This document shows positions 19,071 through 29,352 of a DNA stretch of 64,000 bases, one piece after another. The notes below the pieces were generated by a model. The model worked only from the letters and a program-made list of their open reading frames with translations. It searched no databases and was not told the DNA's origin. Position 1 is the first letter of the stretch, and each line of letters opens with the position of its first letter. A program made the translations under genes and the position numbers. Origin of the DNA: Patescibacteria group bacterium. Lineage in GTDB: Bacteria; Patescibacteriota; Patescibacteriia; UBA10025; JAHIVO01. The DNA is taken from NCBI GenBank assembly GCA_041660605.1, contig JBAZWB010000002.1:66216-130215 (forward strand), read 5' to 3'.

Positions 19071-20285
19071 TTAAGCTTTAGGCAGTAACTGGCTCATCAC
19101 GTCATCAATCGTTACTATCCCCAGCAGACGATGCTTGCTGTCCAGCACCGGCGCGGTCAGCAAATTGTATTTCGTCATCGTAGCGGCAATGTCCTTGATT
19201 TTTTGATGCGGGTGCAGAGGCTGAGGGTGAGGATAATGCTTCAAAATATCCCTAATCTTCATCTCCGGAGGCGAGATAACCAGCCAACGCAGTGAAAATT
19301 TTCCATGATAATATCCGTCCTCGTCAGTCACATAAACATAAAGCACGGATCTCAGTTTTGGCGAGGCATTTTTGACCTCCTTCAGCGCCTCTTGGATTGT
19401 CCAGCCAGGTCTGACCGTGGCAAAATCGACATTCATCAATCCGCCGGCGGTATTGTCGGGGTAAGACAACAATTGCTCAATTTTTTTTAGCTGGCCGCTC
19501 TTTATCTGGGATAAAAAAAGACGCGCTTCATTGCGCGGCAACACTTTTACCAAGTCAACGATTTCCGAGTCTGTCATTTTGGTTAATATCTCAGCGACTT
19601 TTTCCGGGCCAAGATACTTGACGAGAACTTTCTGCAAATTTGGGTCAACCTCCTCCAGCACCCTGGCGGCTGAATCAGCGTCCAATGAGACTACCAGTTT
19701 GCTGCCGTGTCTCAGGTTAAGATCCTCAACAATATTGGCCAAATCAGCGGGATGCAGTTTATTGAGCTTCTGCTGAGCTCTATCTAGTTTAAGTAGCCCA
19801 TGCATAAATTTTGTCTGGCGCCAGTCAATCAGATTAACTTTTAGCAGTCCTGTTTTCCCCAGCCAATCAATGCCTAAACGACGTAAAATTCCTCCCATGC
19901 CAACATCGATTCCGAGCACGCTCATTTGATCATTGACTACACCGATACGTAAATCATTTACGCGTACCACCCGCACCCCGGCGATATCGACTATCTGCTG
20001 ATCAAGCACGTCTTTTTTCAGATAAACCAGGCCTTCGGCCACTCTCTCCTGGACATGAACGGAATTATAGAGATTCTTCAGGGTAATTTCTTCCCGGCTG
20101 ATAGTCTCGACATATTCATAAGGAATAAAAATCAAATCTTTGCTTTTTGCCTTTAAAATTGCTAAAAACTCCAAGGCCGGGTATTCACCGGATTTTGGAA
20201 TGACTAAAATATCCTGCAGTTTACCTACTTTCTCGTCAGAGCTGTCTTTGACTTGTCTGTTTAATAAATGGCTTAAATAAGGCAT
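19071..20285 (-). CDS. MgtE intracellular-domain protein (PRC-like + MgtE_N + CBS pair, no TM domain)
   Basis: DVLDQQIVD..G.RVVRVNDL, LHPADLA, YPDNTAGGLM, LLGIVTIDD. Confidence 0.88.
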   Translation of the reverse strand: MPYLSHLLNRQVKDSSDEKVGKLQDILVIPKSGEYPALEFLAILKAKSKDLIFIPYEYVETISREEITLKNLYNSVHVQERVAEGLVYLKKDVLDQQIVDIAGVRVVRVNDLRIGVVNDQMSVLGIDVGMGGILRRLGIDWLGKTGLLKVNLIDWRQTKFMHGLLKLDRAQQKLNKLHPADLANIVEDLNLRHGSKLVVSLDADSAARVLEEVDPNLQKVLVKYLGPEKVAEILTKMTDSEIVDLVKVLPRNEARLFLSQIKSGQLKKIEQLLSYPDNTAGGLMNVDFATVRPGWTIQEALKEVKNASPKLRSVLYVYVTDEDGYYHGKFSLRWLVISPPEMKIRDILKHYPHPQPLHPHQKIKDIAATMTKYNLLTAPVLDSKHRLLGIVTIDDVMSQLLPKA

Positions 20286-20475
20286 AGCTATTTGCCATTA
20301 ATGGCCAATAATTGTAGAAAAGAATTTAAGGGGGAGTTTTTAAACTCCAACTTCCTAGCTTAGGTCGGGGTGCCGGGACCCCGCACCACTGCTGGGTACG
20401 GGGCAAGCTTGTCACCCTTCGGGTGATCCCCCAAAGGGGGAAACTTGCGATCTCAAGCATATTTTTTCCGAAAAT

Positions 20476-20699
20476 CGGGGTACTGGGACTCGAACCCAGG
20501 GTCTTCCCGCAACAGTGGTCGGGGTAGTGGGACTTGAACCCACGGCCTCATGCACCCCATGCATGCGCGCTAGCCAACTGCGCCATACCCCGACCACTGT
20601 TGCGGGACGCGCTACGCCTCAGCCAAAGGCTGATCCCCGCCCACCTGCTATCGCAGATAGCGGGCGCGGCGCCTATGGTGGAAACTTCGCTATACCCCG
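20476..20699 (-). pseudogene. Middle tRNA-like shell (layer 2) enclosing the intact tRNA in its anticodon position
   Basis: Acceptor cggggta/taccccg, T-arm ctggg-ttcgagt-cccag, V-loop agacc, anticodon stem tcccg/cggga, D-arm with insert; no CCA. Confidence 0.8.
20516..20592 (-). tRNA. tRNA-Pro (GGG), CCA encoded
   Basis: cggggta tg gcgc agttggcta gcgc g catgc atGGGgt gcatg aggcc gtggg ttcaagt cccac taccccg acca. Confidence 0.96.
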
Positions 20700-20796
20700 T
20701 TTTTTGGAAAAAACATGCGCGATAGTTTACCCCGTATCCCGAGTGAAACGAGTGGTACGGGGCCAACGGAGTTTACCCCGCCGTATGGCGGGGCCA

Positions 20797-20938
20797 TACC
20801 CCGACCTGAGCTATGAAAAATCTTGCACCTTTACCCCGCATCATCTGACCCTGAGCGGAGTCGAAGGAGAAGAATGGTGCGGGGCCATGCATGCTCGTTA
20901 GTTTACCCCGACCTAAGTTATGAAAAACCTTACACTTT
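20797..20938. repeat. ~35-bp imperfect direct repeats bracketing a tRNA-Pro anticodon-arm fragment
   Basis: taccccgacctgagctatgaaaaatcttgcac (20797) vs taccccgacctaagttatgaaaaaccttacac (20904). Confidence 0.75.
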
Positions 20939-21061
20939 TGGCCCAGTTATTTTTTCGGTACCTACGGCGTTTCTATTATTTAATGATGCTTTTTTAAAAT
21001 TATTTACCTAAATCGCCAAACTGAATAACAATTATAGCGTAAAATATTGTATTTGTAAAAT

Positions 21062-21090
21062 AAAAATCCCGACATGGAGCCGGGATTTTT
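21062..21090. terminator. Intrinsic (potentially bidirectional) terminator
   Basis: aaaaatcccg-acatggagc-cgggattttt. Confidence 0.7.
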
Positions 21091-21128
21091 GGGCAAAACA
21101 AGGTGACGTTACAGGCTCAGCTGTCTGC

Positions 21129-21326
21129 CTAATCAGTAGTTTCGACCGGATCGCGAACAATCGTTCTGCGAAAACCACAGGGATTACTGACAGTACAAAC
21201 AAGCTCCTCGCCGTTTCCCGCCATCGCGTCATGCGTTGGACGGATTATCAATGTGCCGCGCCCACATGTGCAGCCCTTACCTTCGTTAGACAAAGCCTCG
21301 CTTCTGATGATCTCCTGTGCTGGCAT
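21129..21326 (-). CDS. Small Cys-containing hypothetical protein (possible Zn ribbon)
   Basis: GGAGG SD; CTCG...C....PCG. Confidence 0.6.
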   Translation of the reverse strand: MPAQEIIRSEALSNEGKGCTCGRGTLIIRPTHDAMAGNGEELVCTVSNPCGFRRTIVRDPVETTD

Positions 21327-21348
21327 TGCTACCTCCTCTTGAGTAAAT

Positions 21349-21558
21349 CTAAGGTACTATCTTTCTTTTTTCTACTTTTAACGAATATTTGCGGGATCCC
21401 GGTACCCGTTTCAGGAGATAGGCGTCCCCGCATTGCTGACACATGACGCCAATCTCCGTTTCTGTGTCAATTATCTTACGTGCTGCTCCGTGGCAGGTTG
21501 ATGGCTGCTGGAGCATGTGTGCAATCATCTCCCGATAACACTCTGGGTGCTTGCCCAT
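21349..21558 (-). CDS. Small hypothetical protein (possible Zn finger)
   Basis: GAGGAGG SD; CH...CQQCG. Confidence 0.6.
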   Translation of the reverse strand: MGKHPECYREMIAHMLQQPSTCHGAARKIIDTETEIGVMCQQCGDAYLLKRVPGSRKYSLKVEKRKIVP

Positions 21559-21651
21559 TAATCCTCCTCAAAAGAAATTTGGTTCTTCCCTCATAATAAA
21601 AAAATTAGCCACCTGATGGCTAATCTGTAAGTCCTTTATTTTATTAGAAAA

Positions 21652-21759
21652 CTACAGACTAACCATCAAGCCGCTAATTATAATAATAATTGCAATAACA
21701 ATACCCGCACCTATCAGGGTGAAATTCTCGTTATATATTTTGGCACTGTTTAATTGCAT
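21652..21759 (-). CDS. Possible 35-aa hydrophobic peptide with pilin-like segment
   Basis: MQLNSAKIYNENFTLIGAGIVIAIIIIISGLMVSL*, followed by terminator attagcca-tcagg-tggctaat-T7 (21598-21624). Confidence 0.4.
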   Translation of the reverse strand: MQLNSAKIYNENFTLIGAGIVIAIIIIISGLMVSL

Positions 21760-21825
21760 ATTTTTTTCCACAATTTGGCTGAAATCAGTATAGCAAATCC
21801 CGCAAAACTGTCAAAATTACATTTT

Positions 21826-22422
21826 TTAAAACATTATTTCCTCGTCAGCCCGCCTGTAATCATGAATCTCATTCTTTCGGAACCAAAGCTGTTCTTCAAA
21901 TTTCGCCTCTTCAACATTTCCGGAAGCGTGGATCAGATTTTTAACCGTTCGCTTGTTCCTATTGGCTAATATCGGCGAATCAAGGGAATAATCGCCGCGG
22001 ATGGTACCGGGCTGGGCAAAGCGAGGCAAGGTATTACCCACCATCATTCTGACCGCATCAACCGCGTGTATGCCCTGTAATAAAATAGCCACTACCGGGC
22101 CGGAGCTTAAGAATTCCATATTCCACTTCCTGACCATTTTTCCAATTTCATACGGATCCTTTGTGCCCAGCTCTTCATTCGGATCCTGTCCGTATTCTTC
22201 ATAGCTTTTCAGAGTTTTTTGTCCGACATTAGTTAAATATATTTTTTCATCCGGGTAATGCTTGGCTACCATATCCTCATTCACCCAGACCATTTTCAGG
22301 GCGGCAATCTTAAAACCTGCCTTTTCAAAGCGCGATAATAATTCACCCACAAGAGCTCTTTTTACCGTATCAGGTTTAAATAAAACTACCGTTTTTTCTA
22401 ATTGCGGGTTTTCGCCTGGCAT
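21826..22422 (-). CDS. ndk: Nucleoside diphosphate kinase
   Basis: KPDTVKR.LVGE, SGPVVA, PGTIRGD, NLIHASG. Confidence 0.96.
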   Translation of the reverse strand: MPGENPQLEKTVVLFKPDTVKRALVGELLSRFEKAGFKIAALKMVWVNEDMVAKHYPDEKIYLTNVGQKTLKSYEEYGQDPNEELGTKDPYEIGKMVRKWNMEFLSSGPVVAILLQGIHAVDAVRMMVGNTLPRFAQPGTIRGDYSLDSPILANRNKRTVKNLIHASGNVEEAKFEEQLWFRKNEIHDYRRADEEIMF

Positions 22423-22426
22423 ATTT

Positions 22427-22849
22427 TTATTTCTTCTCTCTCTTAGTTAATAAATATTTTACTTTTTCCACGATTTCAGCCGGCGTGTGGTTGGCTTTGA
22501 TGAAATAGTCATCAGCTCCCAATTCCTGCCCTTTTTCCACGTCTTCGGACTGGCCCAGGTTGGTCAGCAATAAAATATGCGTACTGCCCATGCTGGGATC
22601 TTTTTTCAATTCACGCAGTACGGCAAAACCGTCAAGCTTGGGCATAATGATATCCAATAATATAAGATCGGGTTTTTCTTTTTTGGCGATTTCCAGTCCC
22701 TGTGCGCCGTCTTCCGCTCTGATAACTTTCAGCCCCTCTTTGGAAAACTTAGTGATATACATGTCTGCCAGCATCTTATCGTCTTCAACCAGCAATATCT
22801 TTGATTTAAATTTCCCTGAATCGCTGGCAATGTTTTTTTTATCGGCCAT
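22427..22849 (-). CDS. Single-domain response regulator (REC)
   Basis: LLVEDD, DLILLDIIMPKLDG, LLTN, GADDYFIK. Confidence 0.93.
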   Translation of the reverse strand: MADKKNIASDSGKFKSKILLVEDDKMLADMYITKFSKEGLKVIRAEDGAQGLEIAKKEKPDLILLDIIMPKLDGFAVLRELKKDPSMGSTHILLLTNLGQSEDVEKGQELGADDYFIKANHTPAEIVEKVKYLLTKREKK

Positions 22850-22908
22850 AGTTTTTATATATTACGTTTTTATTGAATTTATTATAACAGTATTTAAATC
22901 TTTGTCAA

Positions 22909-24354
22909 TCAATCGCCCGGCTTATTTTTATGCCATACAGTCGCCTGTTCGTACTGATTGCCTGCTCTGAAAAGCAGCTCCTCGTCAAATGGCTTGGCAA
23001 TCAGCTGCAAGCCAACCGGCAAATTATTCACCGGTCCGCATGGCAGGGAAATGGCGCAAACACCGCCAATATTCGCTGGGCAGGTATAAATATCGGATAG
23101 ATACATCATCAGAGGATCATTGAATTTTTCGCCAAGCTTGAAAGCCACGCTGGGTGCTGTTGGAGTCGCCAGGCAGTCAACTTTCTTGAAAATATCTCTA
23201 AACTCCTTGGCAATCAGCTGGCGTAATTTTTGAGCTTGCACGTAATACTGGTCATAATACCCGGCTGATAAAGCAAAGGTTCCCAGGATAATCCGGCGCT
23301 TGGCTTCCGGCCCGAGGCCTTTCTCTTTTGACTGGGCGTACACCTCTTTTAAACTCGGGGCGTCAACGGACAAGCCATAGCGGATGCCGTCAAAACGCGC
23401 CAGGTTGGCGGAAATTTCCGAAGTAACTGTTATCTGATAAACAGCCAATGCGTATTTCGTTAACGGCAAACTAACTTTAACAATTTTTGCACCAATCTTC
23501 TTCAGCTGGGCGATGGCGGCTTCCACGCTTTTTTGCACTTCCGGATCCATGCCCTCGATAAAATATTCTTCTGGTACTCCAATCTTAATTCCTTTGATAT
23601 CTTTATCTAAACCCTCGATAGAAACTTTTTTATTTACCGAGGTGGAATCGCTAGCATCATAACCGGCTATGGCCTGGTATAAAATGGCGTTGTCTTTGAT
23701 ATTTTTTGTAATCGGCCCGATCTGGTCCAGTGAAGACGTCATAGCCACCAGGCCATTGCGCGAAACCCGTCCATAGGTCGGTTTTAACCCCACTACTCCG
23801 CAAAAAGACGCTGGCTGCCTGACCGAACTGCCGGTGTCGGAACCTAGCGCACCTAGGCACATATCAGCAGCCACGGCTACCGCCGATCCGCCGGAGGAAC
23901 CGCCAGGCACCCTGGTCTTGTCCCACGGATTTTTTGTTTTTTTGTAAGCGGAATTTTCCGTTGACGACCCCATGGCGAATTCATCCATATTTGTTTTGCC
24001 CAGAAAAACCGCCCCGCTCTTTCTCAATCTTTTAACCACTTCTGCATCGTAAGTAGCGATATAATTTTTCAGAATTTTTGAACCGGCCGTGCATTCATGA
24101 CCTTCGATCAGCATGTTATCTTTGATGGCCAGCGGTATGCCGGTTAAATAACTAAAATCACCAGCCTTAATCTTTTTATCAGCGTCAGCAGCCTGAACCA
24201 GCGCTTCTTTTTTAAAAACATTTAAAAAAGCATCCAGCTCTGGATCTTTTTTGTCTATTTGCTCCAGACAGTCGCGGGTCAGGTCAGCAGAGGAAAATTC
24301 CTTTTTCTTCAGTCCCTGGTGAGCTTGTTCGATTGTAAGCTTGTTCAAAGGCAT
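22909..24354 (-). CDS. gatA: Glu/Asp-tRNA amidotransferase subunit A (likely start MPLNK)
   Basis: GKTNMDEFAMGSSTENS, PGGSSGGSA, GSDTG.SVRQPA, KRRIILGT. Confidence 0.97.
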   Translation of the reverse strand: MPLNKLTIEQAHQGLKKKEFSSADLTRDCLEQIDKKDPELDAFLNVFKKEALVQAADADKKIKAGDFSYLTGIPLAIKDNMLIEGHECTAGSKILKNYIATYDAEVVKRLRKSGAVFLGKTNMDEFAMGSSTENSAYKKTKNPWDKTRVPGGSSGGSAVAVAADMCLGALGSDTGSSVRQPASFCGVVGLKPTYGRVSRNGLVAMTSSLDQIGPITKNIKDNAILYQAIAGYDASDSTSVNKKVSIEGLDKDIKGIKIGVPEEYFIEGMDPEVQKSVEAAIAQLKKIGAKIVKVSLPLTKYALAVYQITVTSEISANLARFDGIRYGLSVDAPSLKEVYAQSKEKGLGPEAKRRIILGTFALSAGYYDQYYVQAQKLRQLIAKEFRDIFKKVDCLATPTAPSVAFKLGEKFNDPLMMYLSDIYTCPANIGGVCAISLPCGPVNNLPVGLQLIAKPFDEELLFRAGNQYEQATVWHKNKPGD

Positions 24355-24424
24355 AAACGCTTGTTGCAAGTAAAAATTATTTATCACTTATACTAGTTAC
24401 TAAAAACTAGTGGCTAATTACAAC

Positions 24425-24712
24425 TTATTCTAAAACCGGCTTAACTTTATTTAAATTTCCGGACTTGTGCGGAAACTGCTTAATAATTTTTCCCACGTCT
24501 TTAAATTGCTGAACCTTGTCTTCGCGCCAGACATTTTTCAAATCAGGCAGATAAGACGCATCTTTTACTTTCGTGGTGTCTACCTCCTGGATTTGTTTGA
24601 CGTAATCTAAAATGGAAGAAATCTGCTCGGCAAATTTCTCTTTTTCACCTTCGGTTAATTTTATTCTGGCAAGCGTGGCCAGCTTTTCAATATCCTTTTT
24701 TTCGAAATTCAT
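24425..24712 (-). CDS. gatC: Amidotransferase subunit C
   Basis: KLATLARI, ILDYV..I.EVDT, NVWRED; upstream of gatA. Confidence 0.93.
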   Translation of the reverse strand: MNFEKKDIEKLATLARIKLTEGEKEKFAEQISSILDYVKQIQEVDTTKVKDASYLPDLKNVWREDKVQQFKDVGKIIKQFPHKSGNLNKVKPVLE

Positions 24713-24799
24713 AACAAAATTATACCATTTAATATTTGACGCTACAAACTAACCGGAGAATAAAACTCTTCAGAGACCGCCATTATAAAAAATTTAAAA

Positions 24800-25005
24800 G
24801 AAAAAGGAGTGAGGAGGAATGATCCCGCCGATAGGCGGGACCGCGTTGTACTGTGTAAGCGAACGCAGCGAAGTCTCGCCGCAGGCGGACGAAGCGAGGA
24901 GCGAGTTTACAACGCGGAATGACGACGAGCCCTTTTTCGATAATTTTTTATACAGGCGGCAACTCTTTTGCTTCTTTTCTGTTTGCACAGAAAAGAAGAA
25001 ATAAA
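24800..25005. repeat. Structured intergenic repeat, copy 2
   Basis: Matches 17500-17762 without the two extra hairpins; terminal hairpin ttcttttctg-tttgca-cagaaaagaa. Confidence 0.9.
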
Positions 25006-25032
25006 TTAATACCAAGAAAAGTAAAACCAAAA

Positions 25033-27116
<2,084 letters not shown>

Positions 27117-27117
27117 T

Positions 27118-28455
27118 TTACCGACAATCCTCAAAAATCTTATAACTGCTGATCTGATACCAGTCAATTTTAACCGGATTAATAGTCTTATTTTCAAATC
27201 TGATGGTCCGGCCGGGCTGGGCGCTCAGGCTGAACGGTTCGGAAATAGTGCAGGTCTGGAAAGTGGCGCTGGCGGGTAAGGTAATTACCAACCCGGTTTC
27301 GCCAGTTTCCGGGTCATTTATCAGCGTTTCCAATGATGAACCCGCCGCAGAACTGACGCGTAAACTGACGTAGTACTCTGAACCAGCCAGTATCGTATCG
27401 GCCAATGGCATGGTAAAGGAGGCGCCGTTATTATTTCCCATTGAGCAATAAGTCGGCGGGGTGGCATCTGTACAGGAAACAGTATCCACGCAGCTCAGCC
27501 AGCTCGCTCCGCCAGTAGTACAGCTATCGCAATCTATACACTGGTCAGTCAGCCCGCTCTCAACCTGGACTGTGCCTGAACTGTAAATCGGCTGGCCTAA
27601 AATTATTGTTTTATAGATTTCCCCTTCGCTGAATAGCACGTAATCATACAGCCCGAACAGCGGAACTTTCCAGGGCACCTGGGCGGTCAGAGACTGCTTG
27701 AAGTTCCCCCGCGTACCCACAGATTTTATCAAAATCTGCGAAGGAAGATCATCAGCAGACAATGGATCAACGCCATTGGGCTGTTTAAATGGCGTTACTG
27801 TCAAATCCGACAAATCACCGGACATGGCCTTTATTCTTAGCCTATAGCCAGTTGGCGTAATGTCAGTAAAAACATTCAAATTAATAGGATACCCATTAAC
27901 CATCTTTAAATCTGTCGGACCGATAATTCTTCTCGCCCGGTCAGAATAACCCAATAGGCCATTTTCATTCCAGGCAGTCCAGGAAACATCCGCCCAGGAA
28001 CCGAGATTATCACCTTCATTGATAATTCTTATTGATTCTACGGTGAATAACGGGTTTAGGGAATTATCAATATCATAATAATCCGCTTGAACGTATTTAT
28101 TCTCCAGAATATTTTCATTCTCTATTTGTGTTGATTTTTTACTTGTGCCCGCATTAGAATAAGAGGCGTTATTGCTCTGAACACTGCTGAAATTATCGGC
28201 TTGGGCCAGTATCGCTGTCACAGTTTGGGTTAGATTATTGCTGTTATCAGCACGCATTATTTTTACGGTAAAAAGTCCCCGTTCAATCCCCGATTCGGCT
28301 GCGTAATAGGCCATGGTAGAGTTGGAGGCGGTGCTGGTCAGCGCCAATTCATTGACTACAATTATAGAAACTGTCAGGGCGATGGCGGTAATCAGCGACA
28401 TTATTAAAAGCGCATATAGCAGAACCGCGCCTTGATTGTCATTCTTTAAGCTCAT
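27118..28455 (-). CDS. PilX-like minor pilin
   Basis: QG-AVLLYALLIM, AYYAAESGIE PilX-type N-terminus; Cys-rich C-terminal domain. Confidence 0.8.
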   Translation of the reverse strand: MSLKNDNQGAVLLYALLIMSLITAIALTVSIIVVNELALTSTASNSTMAYYAAESGIERGLFTVKIMRADNSNNLTQTVTAILAQADNFSSVQSNNASYSNAGTSKKSTQIENENILENKYVQADYYDIDNSLNPLFTVESIRIINEGDNLGSWADVSWTAWNENGLLGYSDRARRIIGPTDLKMVNGYPINLNVFTDITPTGYRLRIKAMSGDLSDLTVTPFKQPNGVDPLSADDLPSQILIKSVGTRGNFKQSLTAQVPWKVPLFGLYDYVLFSEGEIYKTIILGQPIYSSGTVQVESGLTDQCIDCDSCTTGGASWLSCVDTVSCTDATPPTYCSMGNNNGASFTMPLADTILAGSEYYVSLRVSSAAGSSLETLINDPETGETGLVITLPASATFQTCTISEPFSLSAQPGRTIRFENKTINPVKIDWYQISSYKIFEDCR

Positions 28456-28457
28456 AA

Positions 28458-29192
28458 CTAATCATAATTTAAATTCAAAACCTGGCCGGAGGCTCGCCGC
28501 AGAGAAATAGTGGTCTGCATGGAAACCGTCCGCGATTTTTCTGGCAGGGGAATTTCCGTGGCCATGGCCGTCATGGAGATCCGGACTTTTGGCTGAAAAT
28601 TACCTCCATCGGAATAATACTGGCAAAAGCACGGATCAACGGTGCAGCTGCAGCTGTAGCCATAAATGTTCAGACATTCCAGTGTTTTGGCGCTTCCGGC
28701 CGTACACGCTACAGCTGTGCTGGGTGTGAAGGGATTAGCACTGGGAGTAATAATGAACTGTAGCTGGCTGATAGAAACGCCGACTGGGGTAATGTCAAAC
28801 CAGCCAGTGCCGGTAGCCAGATCGCAATCACCGGCGATCTCCACTTTGCAATACTGCACACCGTCTCCTTCCTGACGGAAATAGATTTCCTCTCCCGACT
28901 GATTGAAAATGGCCAATATTTTATTCGTCACGCCGGCTTGGGGGTACAGTTCAATGCCGTTATCAGCATAAAAAGAATAATTTATACTGCCCAAGCGCAC
29001 CTGCTGAGCCAAAGTCTCGAATACATAGCGCAGATCGTCCTGCACGCGCTGCATGGCCACCACTTTGCGCTGAGAATTATTGATAATCAGATAGACGTTG
29101 ATCGCCGCCAAAATTGTCATCACAAAAATCGACAGAGAAATAATCATTTCTATGAGGGTAAAGCCGTTTTGATTTTTTGACAGATGGTTCAT
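28458..29192 (-). CDS. Minor pilin (PilW/GspJ-like)
   Basis: GFTLIEMII prepilin motif. Confidence 0.88.
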   Translation of the reverse strand: MNHLSKNQNGFTLIEMIISLSIFVMTILAAINVYLIINNSQRKVVAMQRVQDDLRYVFETLAQQVRLGSINYSFYADNGIELYPQAGVTNKILAIFNQSGEEIYFRQEGDGVQYCKVEIAGDCDLATGTGWFDITPVGVSISQLQFIITPSANPFTPSTAVACTAGSAKTLECLNIYGYSCSCTVDPCFCQYYSDGGNFQPKVRISMTAMATEIPLPEKSRTVSMQTTISLRRASGQVLNLNYD

Positions 29193-29287
29193 TGTTTCTT
29201 TCTAATTTAATCCAATATTCCTTTCAAGCTTTAACTCCATTGGATTTGACGCACTCTATGACAGGTACGCTCGGAGCTAAAATTATT

Positions 29288-29326
29288 CCCGCCCGCCTGA
29301 CTTCGTCAGGCGAAGTCGGGCGCGGC
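29288..29326. repeat. GC-rich hairpin element related to insert at 20637-20670
   Basis: cccgcccgcctg...cgggcgcggc vs cccgcccacctg...cgggcgcggc. Confidence 0.65.
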
Positions 29327-29352
29327 ATTATAAATTTTAAATTATTAATTAA

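Larger units (their letters stand above)
20363..20803 (-). pseudogene. Outer degenerate tRNA-Pro shell (layer 3) with four hairpin insertions
   Basis: Removing inserts gives + strand ggtcggggtgccgggac-ttg-aa...tctcaagcat / catgcgcgatag-ccaac-ggag-ccataccccg, colinear with the intact tRNA. Confidence 0.7.

Noticed and set aside
20286-20355. M-box riboswitch upstream of the MgtE-like gene
   Set aside because: Region is short and I cannot recognise the consensus
20356-20938. Prophage/ICE att site or self-splicing tRNA intron
   Set aside because: No integrase nearby, tRNA pieces are concentric rather than one displaced 3' duplicate, and no group I/II core motifs are recognisable
20412-21011. 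Several 60-130 aa ORFs over the tRNA region
   Set aside because: They overlap the tRNA and GC-rich hairpins; no protein-like features
1952-22911. UGA-to-Gly recoding (genetic code 25)
   Set aside because: Conserved genes translate full length with the standard code, and TGA ends rdgB and gatA at expected positions
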